Shown: positions 1-12,700 of the stretch, one piece after another
Layout: every line of letters starts with the position of its first letter
Numbering within the stretch: position 1 is the stretch's first letter
Assembly (NCBI GenBank): GCA_002104905.1
Contig: MCFE01000006.1
Location: forward strand, 124,001 to 188,000
Length of the DNA stretch: 64,000 nt
Direction: 5' to 3'
Source of the DNA: Basidiobolus meristosporus CBS 931.73
Lineage: Eukaryota > Fungi > Basidiobolomycota
Notes under the pieces: model-generated
What the model was told of the DNA's origin: nothing
Database searches by the model: none
The model's input: the letters and a program-made list of their open reading frames with translations, nothing else
Program-made: the position numbers and the translations under genes

Positions 1-434
1 TCAATTAAACTTAAGAATCGACTTAATCTCTACACTATTGAGCGCTAGACGGTGACGGTTGTCATTCCGAAACGGAGAGCAGAAATAGACATCCACCTAA
101 TTGAAAACAAGTTTTTGATCGATCTTATAAATACTTCAATATACATGAATAGGAGTGCTTATTCATCTCTATTTGAACCCCTTTCAGCTTCCTTTATCCT
201 GCACGAATTTTTTTACATGGCTTTATAGCCAGACTGCAAGTCTACCAAATTTTCTTTTCTATACTCTTCGTCTTTCTCAACCACACATATACCTAGATAC
301 ATTCCTGTCACTATTTCTCCAGACCCAATCACTCGTTCAGTTGCACATACTTCTGTGCCAACACGGAAGTCAATTGAGTTGAATTTGAAATTCAGTCAAC
401 GGTCCTTGACTACGATACTTATTCCTATTCCGAT

Positions 435-2647
435 ATGGCAACAAACAGCTCGGAAAGTTCTCCTCAGAGCGGGACTTCGTCAACTTTTATTAAGCAGCTT
501 GATAGTAAAATCAAAGCATACCGTCAGGAATTGGAAGCAGTCAAGGAATGCAACCAGTTTCAAAAAGATATCTCGAAGATAAAAAGCGGCGATACACCAA
601 TGAGTATGTTGAAGTTATTATAGTGTTTTCTTGACTCATTTCCTAAAGCGCTCGTTTGCTTGTAGATCGCCGCGCATCGGCAAGTGCACTATTAAAGCAC
701 TGTGAAAACCTTACAGCGAACGACACTCAGACAACTCGTCCAATAGGGGCTGTAAGGAGATCCTCTCTGTCAAAGCCCGGCAGGATCTTAGAACATCAAC
801 CGCGGAAGTATTCAATCGAGAGTCAAATCATGGAACCATGTCCTGAGCCCGAAGATGCCGAATACATCGATCCGATTTATCTTCAGCCATGCAATGAGTT
901 TACAGAGCAACATGATGATGATGATGATGATTTCGACAATGAAAGTCTGTGCAACTCTATCCAGTACTCGGAGCACACTCACATACTAGATGTTGAACCC
1001 CCGGCCTTCTCGGTATTCGGCGATGAAAGTGTCTATGAAGCATCCCTTGCTGATTCCACGGTGGCCCGCCGAAAGTTTCATGATGGCCATCTATTGAACA
1101 AAGGCTACGACCATGTAAGATACGGGCTGAAGAATTATGAAGATACGATCTATGAGAATGATTATCTAGATAGAACCTATCTGCCCATACAGTCGTCTGA
1201 TGCTTCTAAATATCGAACTACTCTGCAAAAAAACAACTATTCTCTCCAGAGATCGGAGCCCAAATCTTTCACTACACTTTCAAATGATGAACCCAACGAC
1301 ATCGGCCTTTTTCAAGACGATGGCGATTCTGTTTCTTCTCGTCGCTCATCCGCTCATTACGATGCTAGCTGCCAACGCTTACGTAGAGTTGAATCCGACT
1401 ATCTCGGTAGACACACCTATTATGATACCGCAAAGGGCCATGGTTATGATGGCGCTTGTATCCGCGACGAACGTAAAAAACCCGATTCAGATTTTAGAGA
1501 TTTGTATAGCATAGACAATTATAAGGAACGAGATTACACCAGATTCGATAACAATTCGTCGAGCCAGTCTTACAGTTTGCGTGATGATGTTTCATCAAGG
1601 GAAGGCTCTGTCGATACTTCGGTTCGTTACTCACCATGCCTCGAGGAGCATCCTCTGGGTCGAAGGTCCTCGCTAAATACACCAATGCCAAGCTCTCCCA
1701 ATCCACGATATCAGCACGGTCGACATGCATTGTTTGATCGATATGATCGGGACATACTTCGCCGTTCACGATCGAATATATCGGAGATACTCTTGAACTC
1801 AGCCCGGTCACCAATCACTTCGCCACGTGAGAATGGATCTCGTATTTCTCCAATGCTACCGGAAGCAAAACGAATTCCTCGAGCCCATTCCCCGTCTGTT
1901 GCTTCCTCACATTCTGTGCGAAACCTAATACCCGAAAGGACCAACAGAAGAAATCGCTACACAATTTCGAATCCTGGAGATCTCCGTTCTGAACCTAGGG
2001 GTGATTTTCGACCATCCTCTCGTTTATCTATGGGAACTAGCTCTGCACATCCAACATTCTCGGATACTGCTTCTCAGAGCACCAGTGGAGACTTTCGGTC
2101 CCGTAAATTGAATGAAGTCAAATTCGAGATCTTTCGGGCAGTACATCGAGTGAAATTGGCATTGGATGCTCTTGCTGAAGACTCCAGAGCCCACTCAATC
2201 AATACTGAAGTACAAGGCATACAGGATCTGAACGAAATGGCCTTGCAGACTATGATTGAGCAATTCGAGCACGTCCATGAAATGCTCGGAGAAGGTGAGG
2301 GATCTGTTGGAGCTCGAAGACCTATATCTCCACTTTCTGACGAGTCATATGGCAAATTAATTCCTAACGATACCAAAAAATTTGGAATTACAGAAGATAC
2401 AAATTATGGCCGGCAGAGCGTATCCGAGGAGATGAACTCTTCGGGATATGCAAAATCCAATGCATCATCGCCTAATTTGTATAGCCATCGTCCCAGCTAT
2501 AGCTCAAGGCTTGATCGTAACACCTATGTTGAGCCGCCTCTATCTCCCAGCCCTTCCCAAATCTCCAAATGGCAGAGTTTAATAGAAGATTCAAAAACCC
2601 CTGGCTTGCTAGCCAACCGACTTCGTAGTACTACTTTTGATAGGTAA
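435..2647 (+). CDS. Hypothetical Ser/Arg/Asp-rich, largely disordered protein (~716 aa, 2 exons)
   Basis: ATG at 435 (MATNSSESSPQ...). A GTATGT...TGTAG intron at 604-665 joins ORF 435-623 in phase to the 663-aa ORF 656-2647. No recognisable domain. Confidence 0.7.
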
Positions 2648-5600
2648 ACATCTTCATCACGTTATGTTAGTTATTCTATATATACATATATATACAATGA
2701 TACTATATTGTTGCTCAAAGAAAACGCCATTTCTTTTTGCTTAATCTTTTCAAACTCCCCGTTTGAAAGAGGCGTACCTGTAATTATTCCATTCGCTATT
2801 GCAAACCATATTCAAACCAGCTTTTTTGTTTATACCTTACATTCTGTTTGAGAATTCTAGGAAACTGCTTCACTAAGATACATTGGCCTTCATATATCGC
2901 TTTCCTCATTCTCTATGAGGAGAGGGGGGGATCAACCTCCTACAATGAAACAGTATCTCTTTTGAATTCATGTGCTTTTGTATCCTAGAAATTGCTTTAT
3001 TACCAGATAAACTATTGCAATGACTGTCCAGCTCATTCAATATACTACCCCTTGGTCAGCTCACCACCTCTGCTCGAAGCAAAGAAGCGGAGTTTGGGGT
3101 ATCAACTTTGTGTATGGGCAACTCGTTTCAGGATGCCACTCCACGGTCATTGAGTATTTAGTAAGTATCTCGTCCTCGTCGCCAATCATGTGTTGAAGCC
3201 GAAAGGCCTATTCCAAATCACCAACGCCACCAGATATTTCTCTCTTACCAAACATAGATATATATATATATGTGGCAACTGTAGTTTATGCAATACGATT
3301 ATTAGCACAATCCCAATTACTACGCAATTGGTTTGTAATCTTCTGATATAAACGCATGTGATATATAATTCTGACCTATTTCGTAGGATGTAAGCAATAA
3401 ATCTAGAACGGTACGAAGCCGAACATTACAAATATTATCTTGGTGGAAAGAACTTGCTAAAAATGGCATTATTACAATGCAGTATATAGTGCGGGATCTA
3501 CTGGCAAAACAAGCATACTCACAGTAGATCCAAATGTACACCATGCCTACCTACAGCTCATTACCCAATACGCTAGACACGTTCTAATCAACGAACAACA
3601 ACGCGCGGTTAATCTTAGCCAACAGAGATATCTTCCAGTCACATGCGAATTGACTAGGTGAGTCATCATAATTAACCTTTCATTCAGCCCGTAGGGACTG
3701 AAGAAACATCTATTGATCTTTGAGCACCACAAGAGAATGTGTTCAAGTCGCTGTACTACGTTAATCATCAATAGGCGAATTCTACGAGCAATTTGAAGCA
3801 TAAGAAACCCAAATAGATTCATAGCACATTTCTCCAGCTCCAAGTTATACATATCAAGTTTAAGATACATTCATATGATATGAAAGCAAATATATCTACT
3901 GATCTGGGAAATATAATCTGTAAATTCTAATGCGCGACAGTTTCTATTATACTACGTATGCCTGATAACGTCTTCTCCGTAAAATCCTACTTTCAGGAAA
4001 TCTTGACCCCATGTTGGGCGGGAATAATCCTTAACTGGTCTTTATTGGAGGTAGATACAATAACTACTTCATCAACTCGGGTGAGGGAAGTATGAGATCA
4101 TTTGTGATAACCATCTGAATGTACAAATTGTGATCTGATACAAACAATATTCAGAACGAATCAATCAGCCTGGTTTGTGATGCGAATCAGGAGTAGGTAT
4201 CAATCACGCAGTAGCGGTCGTTCAATATCTTGTGTGTAGATTATTCATATCTATGAAGTAATTTCATTTGTCCAGTGCGAACATAGTATCTGATGTGTGG
4301 GAGTATTTGATCGGTTCTCTGTGAACACCAAAATTGTGGTTTTCGACCCTCCAAATTTGTGGTGATTGCTGTGCAACTGATACGCTTTTCATCCACCATA
4401 TGGCATCTCTTGTAATCCATATACCTAGCCTTCACCCAAACTCTCCGCTCTTCTCAACATTGCCTCCCACTATCACTCGTCACACCACCCAATTTCTAAA
4501 GTAGTGGTGAGCTTCGAACCACGCCGTGAGAATATTCACCTGCTTTCAACGTATAGCCCTTCAGGAGTATACAACTTATTTGCACATGAATATCATGATA
4601 AATCCACCCACTTGATAGGTCGTTGTCGGGCGCATTTGCTTATCCCTTCAGGCTTTATACGTGGTCGTGATTGATTTAGTCATATTATCAGAAGAGCAGT
4701 CTAATTTCAAAGACTAATCCATTGTGTCGCAAGACCTAGGCTTGAGCTGTTCCCAGGAAAATGATTTCAACCAGTGACATTTGTTAGTGGACTCCTAATT
4801 TGTGCGGTCTAGAAGTGGTTTCCAGAAATTGTAACGGGCCGCATTTTTGGTGAATTGTATTTTTTGGCTTTAGATCGTCGATTAGTGAGGACGAAGCTTT
4901 ACGAGTGCCCCCATATAGTGACGTAAATGGAAATAGTACCCAAATAGCCTTACATCTCGCCAAATGATTGTGATGTCATTCAGAATGGGCATACTTGCTC
5001 AGATATCGTGGCTATCGACGTGGCATAACGTAATACTATACTCTATTCGGAATTAAAGGAGCCTGGTGAGCGTAAAATACCTCACTAGATGATATCTTCA
5101 AAATTATGCCATTAGGAGGGTTGGTGAATGGCTTAATTTGGATGCATGATTATCTTTAGGCCAAGTTGGCATGATAAGGGTTAGGGTCTCATACTAATCA
5201 TGGATCAACGAATGAATGTCCATAGAGTCATCATGATCATCAGACCATATTACAGTCTACAGCAGCAATTAAGCTTTTCCTCATTATTAAGGTTTCGATG
5301 GAAGGAAATATCTCGATCATATCTCATCTAACAGGACCAAGTTATCAGAGTCGGGCCTACGGCAGAATGAAGGAGCTAAGGTCGATTGCATCTGCGGAAG
5401 AATTCTGAAGTAATGTCTAAAAGTGGACTCACCCTCACCAATGCCACATACTGTTCGTAATGAGGCAGTGACACGATTTCCGATTATGGCCTTATATCAC
5501 AGCTCCATGATTGAAGTCATGTTTTAAAGGCCATTTAGGTCGCCGCACCACCACATTTTGGGAACATTGCTTATTGTTTCTAGTATAAATTAATTAAGAT

Positions 5601-7032
5601 TGATCGGAAGACATGTCTTTCTATCCTGGAACAAAGAAACCTATGCTATGCTGTGACAGGAAAGGTTTTAATTGTACCTGTTCCGCCAAAGATTCCTGAA
5701 GCCACGGTTTTGTTTCCATGCTGATGACAATGTGCACTCCATATGGGATTCAGCTGGTATTGTCCAGTGGAGTTGATTGCCATGGTTATTTCCGTAAATT
5801 ACTTGATCTATGTAATTTGAGTATTGAATTTTCACGGAGGGGGTGCCTATAAACCCCAAAACCTCGATCCGTTCTCGAGTCTTCGCTTGCGGATCTATTC
5901 AATTATGTTATTAACCGAATTTTTCTCATCCTGCAATTATGACCTGTATGGAGCCCACCAAGAAAACCGTATCCATAGGGGTGAAACTGGGTCATATGAG
6001 TGGGACCAAAGTGACACGCTCGATGCAGGCCGTTTAAAGTAGATTAGCTTCTGACCCAATCAGTGAGCCAATGGCAGAGGATGCAACCTTATCCAGTTTT
6101 TCCATATTTCCGAATCCCTCCAACATCCACAACGGTCAGTGACTATGCAAAATAACTGGTCCATGCGATAGATATTGCTTAATTGGATATTTCTATCATC
6201 AAAATAAGCACACTACACTCTTCGCTATATCCACTGACATTCGAATATCTACAGCGTTTCTGATATTCCTTTTCCTAATCAAGAGACTGTGAGATCCTTG
6301 ATAGCTTATGAGACATCCATGTTAGCTACTGTGCTGCCATCTTGACTTTTCATCTTGAGCACTACTGATTTGGGAGTGGGGTCAGATATAAATGGCAATA
6401 TCGCGGTTGAATGAATATACTCAACTTCAATGTGTTACTATGGCCAGGATCTCTAATTGGGAGTTCGTAGAGTCCAAGATAGTTCACAAACTTTCTGTGA
6501 CTGAATTGCCATTTTTCATCGAGATGACTCTACTATTCCTACTCTAAGGCCTATAATTTAAGTGTTAACCAAGGATTCTATTGAATCAGAGAGTTTTGGT
6601 CTTTGGTCGCCCAATGCAGGTTAGATTAGGTCTACATAAGAGAATCCGGTGTTAGTAATTCACCCTATCATATTCTATCCGTCTGATTTAAGATCCATTT
6701 CTTTGACACTCTTCAAAACCTGACATCTCCACGGAATTCGAGTGGCTTACAACCCATTCATATTTCTCTCCTCTTTCTCCTCTTTCTGGTTTCTGTATTT
6801 GCATCGATCCCATTTTTCGGTTTCTTTCTTTCCTCTACTATCCTAATTTCTTGTTCAAAGCAGCTCATTCATAGTTACAACGGCAATACCCTTTACGCTG
6901 GTAACGATCTGTGTTTTTGAACATTCCACTTTGCTTACTTAGCGTTCGTCATTTCGCCCAGTTGTGTTATATAACTAGAGCTAGTAGTTCTACACCTCTC
7001 TTGTACGATTAGGTATAGCTTTCTTTTCCAAA

Positions 7033-9013
7033 ATGCAGCCTTCGGCTCCGTATGGTGGCTTCCACCCACAGCAGTTTCAAGGGATTGATTCTCGGTAACT
7101 TTCACTGTGCTCTACCAACTGGCCACGTTTGTTGCAACCTAACATGTTTACCCTTGTGTCCACCGTCCTTGATTCTTTTAGGCAATCTTTACCGCAATTC
7201 AAGCAGGAACCTTTATTCCCGGACAATCATTCACACCAGCTGCTTTCCCATCAATCTGTTCTAAACCATCAACTACCCAGCGTGGCTTCCAGTCATTTCC
7301 TTCCTCATGGCCAATCCATTCCCCAGTTCAATACCCATCACAATACCAATACTCATCCCAACGAAATGCCGGTACCGCACCAGATGCAGGCTCATCACTA
7401 TCAGCATCAATCTCACCTAGAGACATCCCAGCAAAATCATGACGCCCACTTTGGACTTAATGCAGGCGTTGCAGTTACCTCGCCTGCCAATGCCGCTCTT
7501 CCTTCTAATCCCAATTCGTAAGTTTATCTTAGCTACTACTGTGAAACGATACCCAACTGTTCTCAACTGATTTGTTGTTATGTAGAAACCTTCGTTTCGA
7601 GGTGGTCTTGGAGGCTCAAACTGCTGCTGCGCAGCGCTTGGATGAAAATCCTCTCACTTATCTCAATAAAGGTAATTAGGATTCTATTTACACCATATTC
7701 ACGCCTGGTCTGAATCGCGCAACAACTTCTTTAGGGCAGTATTACCCCATTGCACTAAACGACAACGCAAGAGACGATGCAGAGTTAACTAGTACTCTGA
7801 GAGTGATGTTTCACGATGATGCTCACCGCAAGCTGGCCAATACCTACTGGCAATTCTGGCTGTCTCAGCAGCCCAACCCCAAAACCGCTCGTGCAGTAGA
7901 TATAGGTATCTATCCTTCGGTCCAAATCGGCTGCGTAACTGATCCTAATGAAAATCATCTTTTCCTATTCGTGCCAAAGATAAAGCTGCCTCAACGGGAA
8001 TCAAGAATGTAGAGTGCTCATCATTGGATCGAATCACATTTCAGTGGAACGGAAGGAAAGGTGCCAAAATATACATCAAATTCAACTGTTTATCCACCGA
8101 TTTTTCTCGGATCAAGGGGGTAAAGGGAATCCCCTTGAGAGCTCGCATGGAGACTGCACCTGATATGAACCCAGCAAGCAATGAGAAAAGTTTCGCCAAG
8201 GTTAAGTTGTTTAGAGATAAGGTAAGGGCAACTTGTCAAGCTTTGCAGGAGACGAGCTGATACGAACGTGTGTTTATAGGGCGCCGAGAGAAAAAATAAA
8301 GACGACCAACGCCACCTGGAAAAGATCTGGGAGAAGATGCGCGGTTGGTGGCAATTTTCTTTGCATTCTGTATCGATAAGACCACTAATTATTCTTCTAG
8401 GCAAACAGCAAGACTCTAACCCACTATTGATGATGTTTGCGCAAGCAAGTCCCGTTACATCCTTCATAGAATGGTCGAGTAACGATCTCTCGGATGCGGA
8501 AGAGGATCCTAGCAACATTGATGTAGATACTATTGATCCGGAAAACGCCGAACTGGATCCAGCTGTTTTAGCTGCTACTAAAAAAAGAAGATTAGAGTCT
8601 TTGGGACATGACTTGGATCTTCTCGAATTGGATCCAACTTATGTTCCAAGCAGGAAAAAACGCTCAGGTAACGCCATGGCTCTGCTCTGGAATCTGCCCT
8701 ATCAACAAGCTAACTGTTACGATCTGCCTTTACACCAGTTTTGTCGTTGTTTATACGGCTTACCGGAGAGAACGTCTACCGAGCTGTATACTTAGAAAAG
8801 CTTACAGCACAGGATATGATCCAGAAATTTGCTGAAAAATTGAATATCCCACCTCAGGACGTCGCTAACATTGTTCGCATTACGAAGAAAGGGTTCCAAG
8901 TTCGGATTGACGATTCCGTTGTTTCGCAGCTTGAGGATGAGCAAGACATGGAGTTGGATTGCGAATTTGCGAATGACGGAACGAACAATTTCAACATAAT
9001 TCTAAGGTTCTGA
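7033..9013 (+). CDS. CP2/Grainyhead-family transcription factor (multi-exon)
   Basis: Spliced peptides RFEVVLEAQTAAAQRLDENPLTYLNKGQYY, WQFWLSQQ, FNCLSTDFSRIKGVKGIPLR and VKLFRDKGAERKNKDD are CP2 DNA-binding-domain hallmarks. His/Gln-rich N-terminus; the C-terminal exon (LFIRLTGENVYRAVYLEKLT...) resembles the Grainyhead C-terminal domain. GT-AG introns at 7095-7181, 7518-7585, 7672-7734 and further on. Confidence 0.9.
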
Positions 9014-9706
9014 GTGATTGAGAACCGCCTTGAATTTTCTGTTTGGTGATTTGCTTGTACGCAGGCAAAGTGATGTTTCTTATGAAGTCTAATATTACCA
9101 CATACATAACTTAATTATATCCCTCTTGTAAAAACTTCGTCATATTTTCCATTCTTGCCCATGATTTTTTCCATTTCATGCCCCCATATTAGTTCAGGTT
9201 TTCTTTTTTGTTGGTTTGATATCGATGTCTTTACGGTGGATGACATGTGGAATCCTCGCCACGAATGTACCCAGAGGCGCCTAACATTGCAATTGCATTC
9301 TTCCTTGAGATGTCTGAAAGTTAATCTAATCTATACAAATATTTGATGTTCGTGCACTCCCCATATGATTTATACAAATGAGTTGTATTCATTTGCATCG
9401 TTGACTAGCATTAAGCAGCCATTTATCCAATTAAATAGTCAATTTCATCCGCTCCGTGAACATGGTCCAACGAACACGGCTAGATAGTAGTTCTTCGAAA
9501 CCACCACTACCACCAGATTATTCAGTAGACACTTATCTTGTATCGGGACAGTTATCAATCCACGCGATACAATTGTTCATTGTGACCGTTTTGTGGTGAA
9601 ATTATCCGAACATTAGGATATTTGATGCATTTCCCATCAATTTATTCATTCAAGCCACTCCATCGCCTCTTTAATAGTAGGGGAACTTGAACTGAGAAAT
9701 ACCAAG

Positions 9707-12700
9707 ATGACTTCAGCTATACTAGATCCAGCATTTGTTGGTTCAGGGCGTAGTACAGAGTTCTTTGAGTTTCTTCGTTGTCTAAATGATGCCACGGGAA
9801 AGGAGGTACTGCTGGGGAACTCGTGACTCTCCTATACCAAGACTAACCCGCTCTTTGTACCTAGGAAGAGGCTCAGGGTGTCAAAGCAGAAATAGCTAGA
9901 TTAAAGCAAAGATTTCAGTCTCCAGGCCAGTTATCTCAGGTTCGAGCCCACTTTACTTCTTAGATGATGCTAGGTCTAACCATCAATTCAAGGCCAAATT
10001 GGCAGAGTGTGTTGTCAGCTTATTGTATTGCGAAATGCTGGGATATAAAGTGGAGTTCGGTTATATTCACGCGATAATACTTGCTCAAAGTGCAAAAAAT
10101 TTAAAGGAAAAGCGCATTGGTACGACAAATGTGTTGGCTCTTTATCGAAAACATCTGCTAAATAGGTCCGACCTGCCAGGCTACTTGGTTTCATCGCTTT
10201 TGTTAAACAAAGATCACGAACTTTCTATCATGCTTATGAATTCGATACAGCAGGTGCTCATGAATTCCTCTCAATCGCACTTCATAGAAATGCTGACTCG
10301 TGCCTTGTATAGGATTTAAAAAGTCCCAATCCGTTGGTTATATGCTGTGCCCTGGATACACTTCGTCACCTGGTGAACTCGGAAACCTTTCCTATTTTTT
10401 CGCAAACGTTAGGGGCTTTGTTGATGCACAACAGGTAGTGAGCATCCATTCTACATCAAAAGGCTTCACTAAAAAGTAAACACCTGTGTAGCCCTTTTGT
10501 TCGTAAGAAAGCAGTGACAGTATTACACAGGGTATTCAACTTGGACGCCAGCCTGCTAACGACACAATTCGAAAAGCTGCAAAATTTACTGGAAGATGGC
10601 GACATCGGAGTTCGTGAGACTGCGCTATCCTTTGTCGTCGATATAGTTGCAGTAATGCCATTTTCTTGAATTGAGAGTATTCAGTGATACGTTACTAATC
10701 GTAGATGCCTTGATCTGGCATGTAGAGAAATAAGGAGTATTATCACCTATTTAGCCTTTCGATACTCAACACACTTGAAGTGATCGTTGACATTAAATTG
10801 GGGAAAGTTCACGATTACCACGGTATAACCGCACCGTGGATTCAGATCAAATGCCTTAGAATCCTGGGATATATTGGCAACAGTGATCCAAAGTAGCCGT
10901 CCGCGTCAGATCTATTCCAACGTGTATACACTTATTCCGTTTTGTTTGCAGGCTCAGCGAAAGGACTCTCGACATTATCCTTAAAACCTTACGTAAAGCT
11001 GTTAAAGGGATCGATGCCGCTTATGGTACCATTCCAATCACAAACATCGGTTGAAACTACAGGCTAACCTGATTTTGTGTTTCTTAGCAATCATTCTTGA
11101 GGCCTTCAAGTCATTGACCAGACTTCAAATTGAATTGCCTCCTAGATATCGCGCTTTCTTCCACGATATTATCAGCAGATTCACTGATTCCACTAATAAC
11201 AACCTCAAATACAACGGGTTGCTACTTCTAATGAATATGGTTCATTTTGATCAGGGTGGTACTACAAAATACCAAGAGTTCATTTTCGAATGTCTTGAAT
11301 CTTCTGATGACACACTTAAGCAGACGGTATCTTTTCTAGAGCGGCTACCACTCGCTTCCAGAGCTGACAATTCTTACTATACCAGGCCATTGATCTTTTA
11401 TATACAACGAGTGACAATGGAAACATCGAACGAATTACCATCGAAATACTGAAGCATCTTTGCTCAAGTACTGACTCGTTCCGACAGCGACAATTAACGA
11501 ACTGCATTCTAGATATCGGAGAAAAATATCCTTGAACACTACAGGAATTGTTGATTCTGTCTCGAACCCATTAACAGCCTCCTTAACTCTTGTGTAAGCA
11601 TGGAATGGATAAATTCTGGTATATTGACACTCTGGTGGCCGTACTTCAGTTCAATGCCGAAATGGAACGAGCTCTACCTGAGATGGTGATTCAGATGTTT
11701 ACAAAACGTACACTAGCCTTTCCGGTTTGCTCGTCGAAGTGGTTTTAATCGAAATATTTTGATGACAGACCGACCGAGCCTCGAAGATGCTTTCGTATCG
11801 CAACTGCTTGAGCAGCTTGCAAATGTTGCCAATCAGGACGTGGTTTTATCTTCTAGCTTGATCCGAGTGATCGCATGGGTACACTTCTCGGCCGTAACAA
11901 CCCACCTCAGTTTGGCACTTACTTTGGCAATGCAACAATAGGCTTTTGGTGAATGGTTTCTGTTGGCTTCGGATCAAGCCTCAATCATACAACAGCTGTT
12001 TGAGCTACTGAAAAAATCATTGGGTATGTTCATTGTCTCTGCAACGCACCAACACAATCACCTTGGCTAACCGATCAATCGTAGACTCAGTTACCCAGGT
12101 GTGCATTCATAATGCGCTGACTAAGATTCTGAGCCAAACAGAAGTTGTACCTGATAGTTTCATCGATGAACTGGACAATCTGAAGCAGAACCAAAAATAT
12201 CCGTATAATTGGGTCAGTTCAATCATTGTTTACAGTTAGCATGATTGAAAGGATATTGAACGCAGCTTGACGCTAGATTTGCAATGAGTTGGACCTACTT
12301 TGTACCAAACCGAAACTACTACACGATGCATTATGTTCGGATGATGGCCAAATAGACATCAAGCAAATCCAGGTAACTAACAACTCGCGGGATTACGCAA
12401 GTGAAAATACTGATGAAAAGCTTTAGATCGATGAACATCTCTCGTTTCTTGATGAATTCGTCGCCGAAGCAATTGCTGATGGAGCGCCGTCCTATGACTC
12501 CGCTAAATGTGGCTCATGGCTTAAAATACCAGGTGACGCTGAATGTTGTGTACAGTTTCATTCGTCCATTGATCTTACCTTTATGGCTAGACGCGAAGAA
12601 TAGCTCAATCAAATATCATGCCTACGAGCAGCCTGAATTTTCCGACTTGAGAGACCGCGATTTCAAGTACGGCATTAATTCGCCTACCTTGAACAGCCTT

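Noticed and set aside
3257-3272. (AT)n microsatellites here and near 2677-2695
   Set aside because: Short, ordinary simple repeats in UTR or intergenic DNA.
4500-4560. GGTTCGAA T-loop-like motif on the minus strand
   Set aside because: The flanks do not form a T-stem or acceptor stem; not a tRNA.
7906-7979. CP2-gene intron starting GTATCTATCCTT
   Set aside because: The TATCCTT is offset from the donor and there is no CCTTAAC branch site; U2.
11327-11385. Intron starting GTATCTTT, resembling a degenerate U12 donor, next to the AT-AA intron
   Set aside because: It lacks the CC of RTATCCTT, has a U2-type CTGAC branch site and GT-AG ends; treated as U2.
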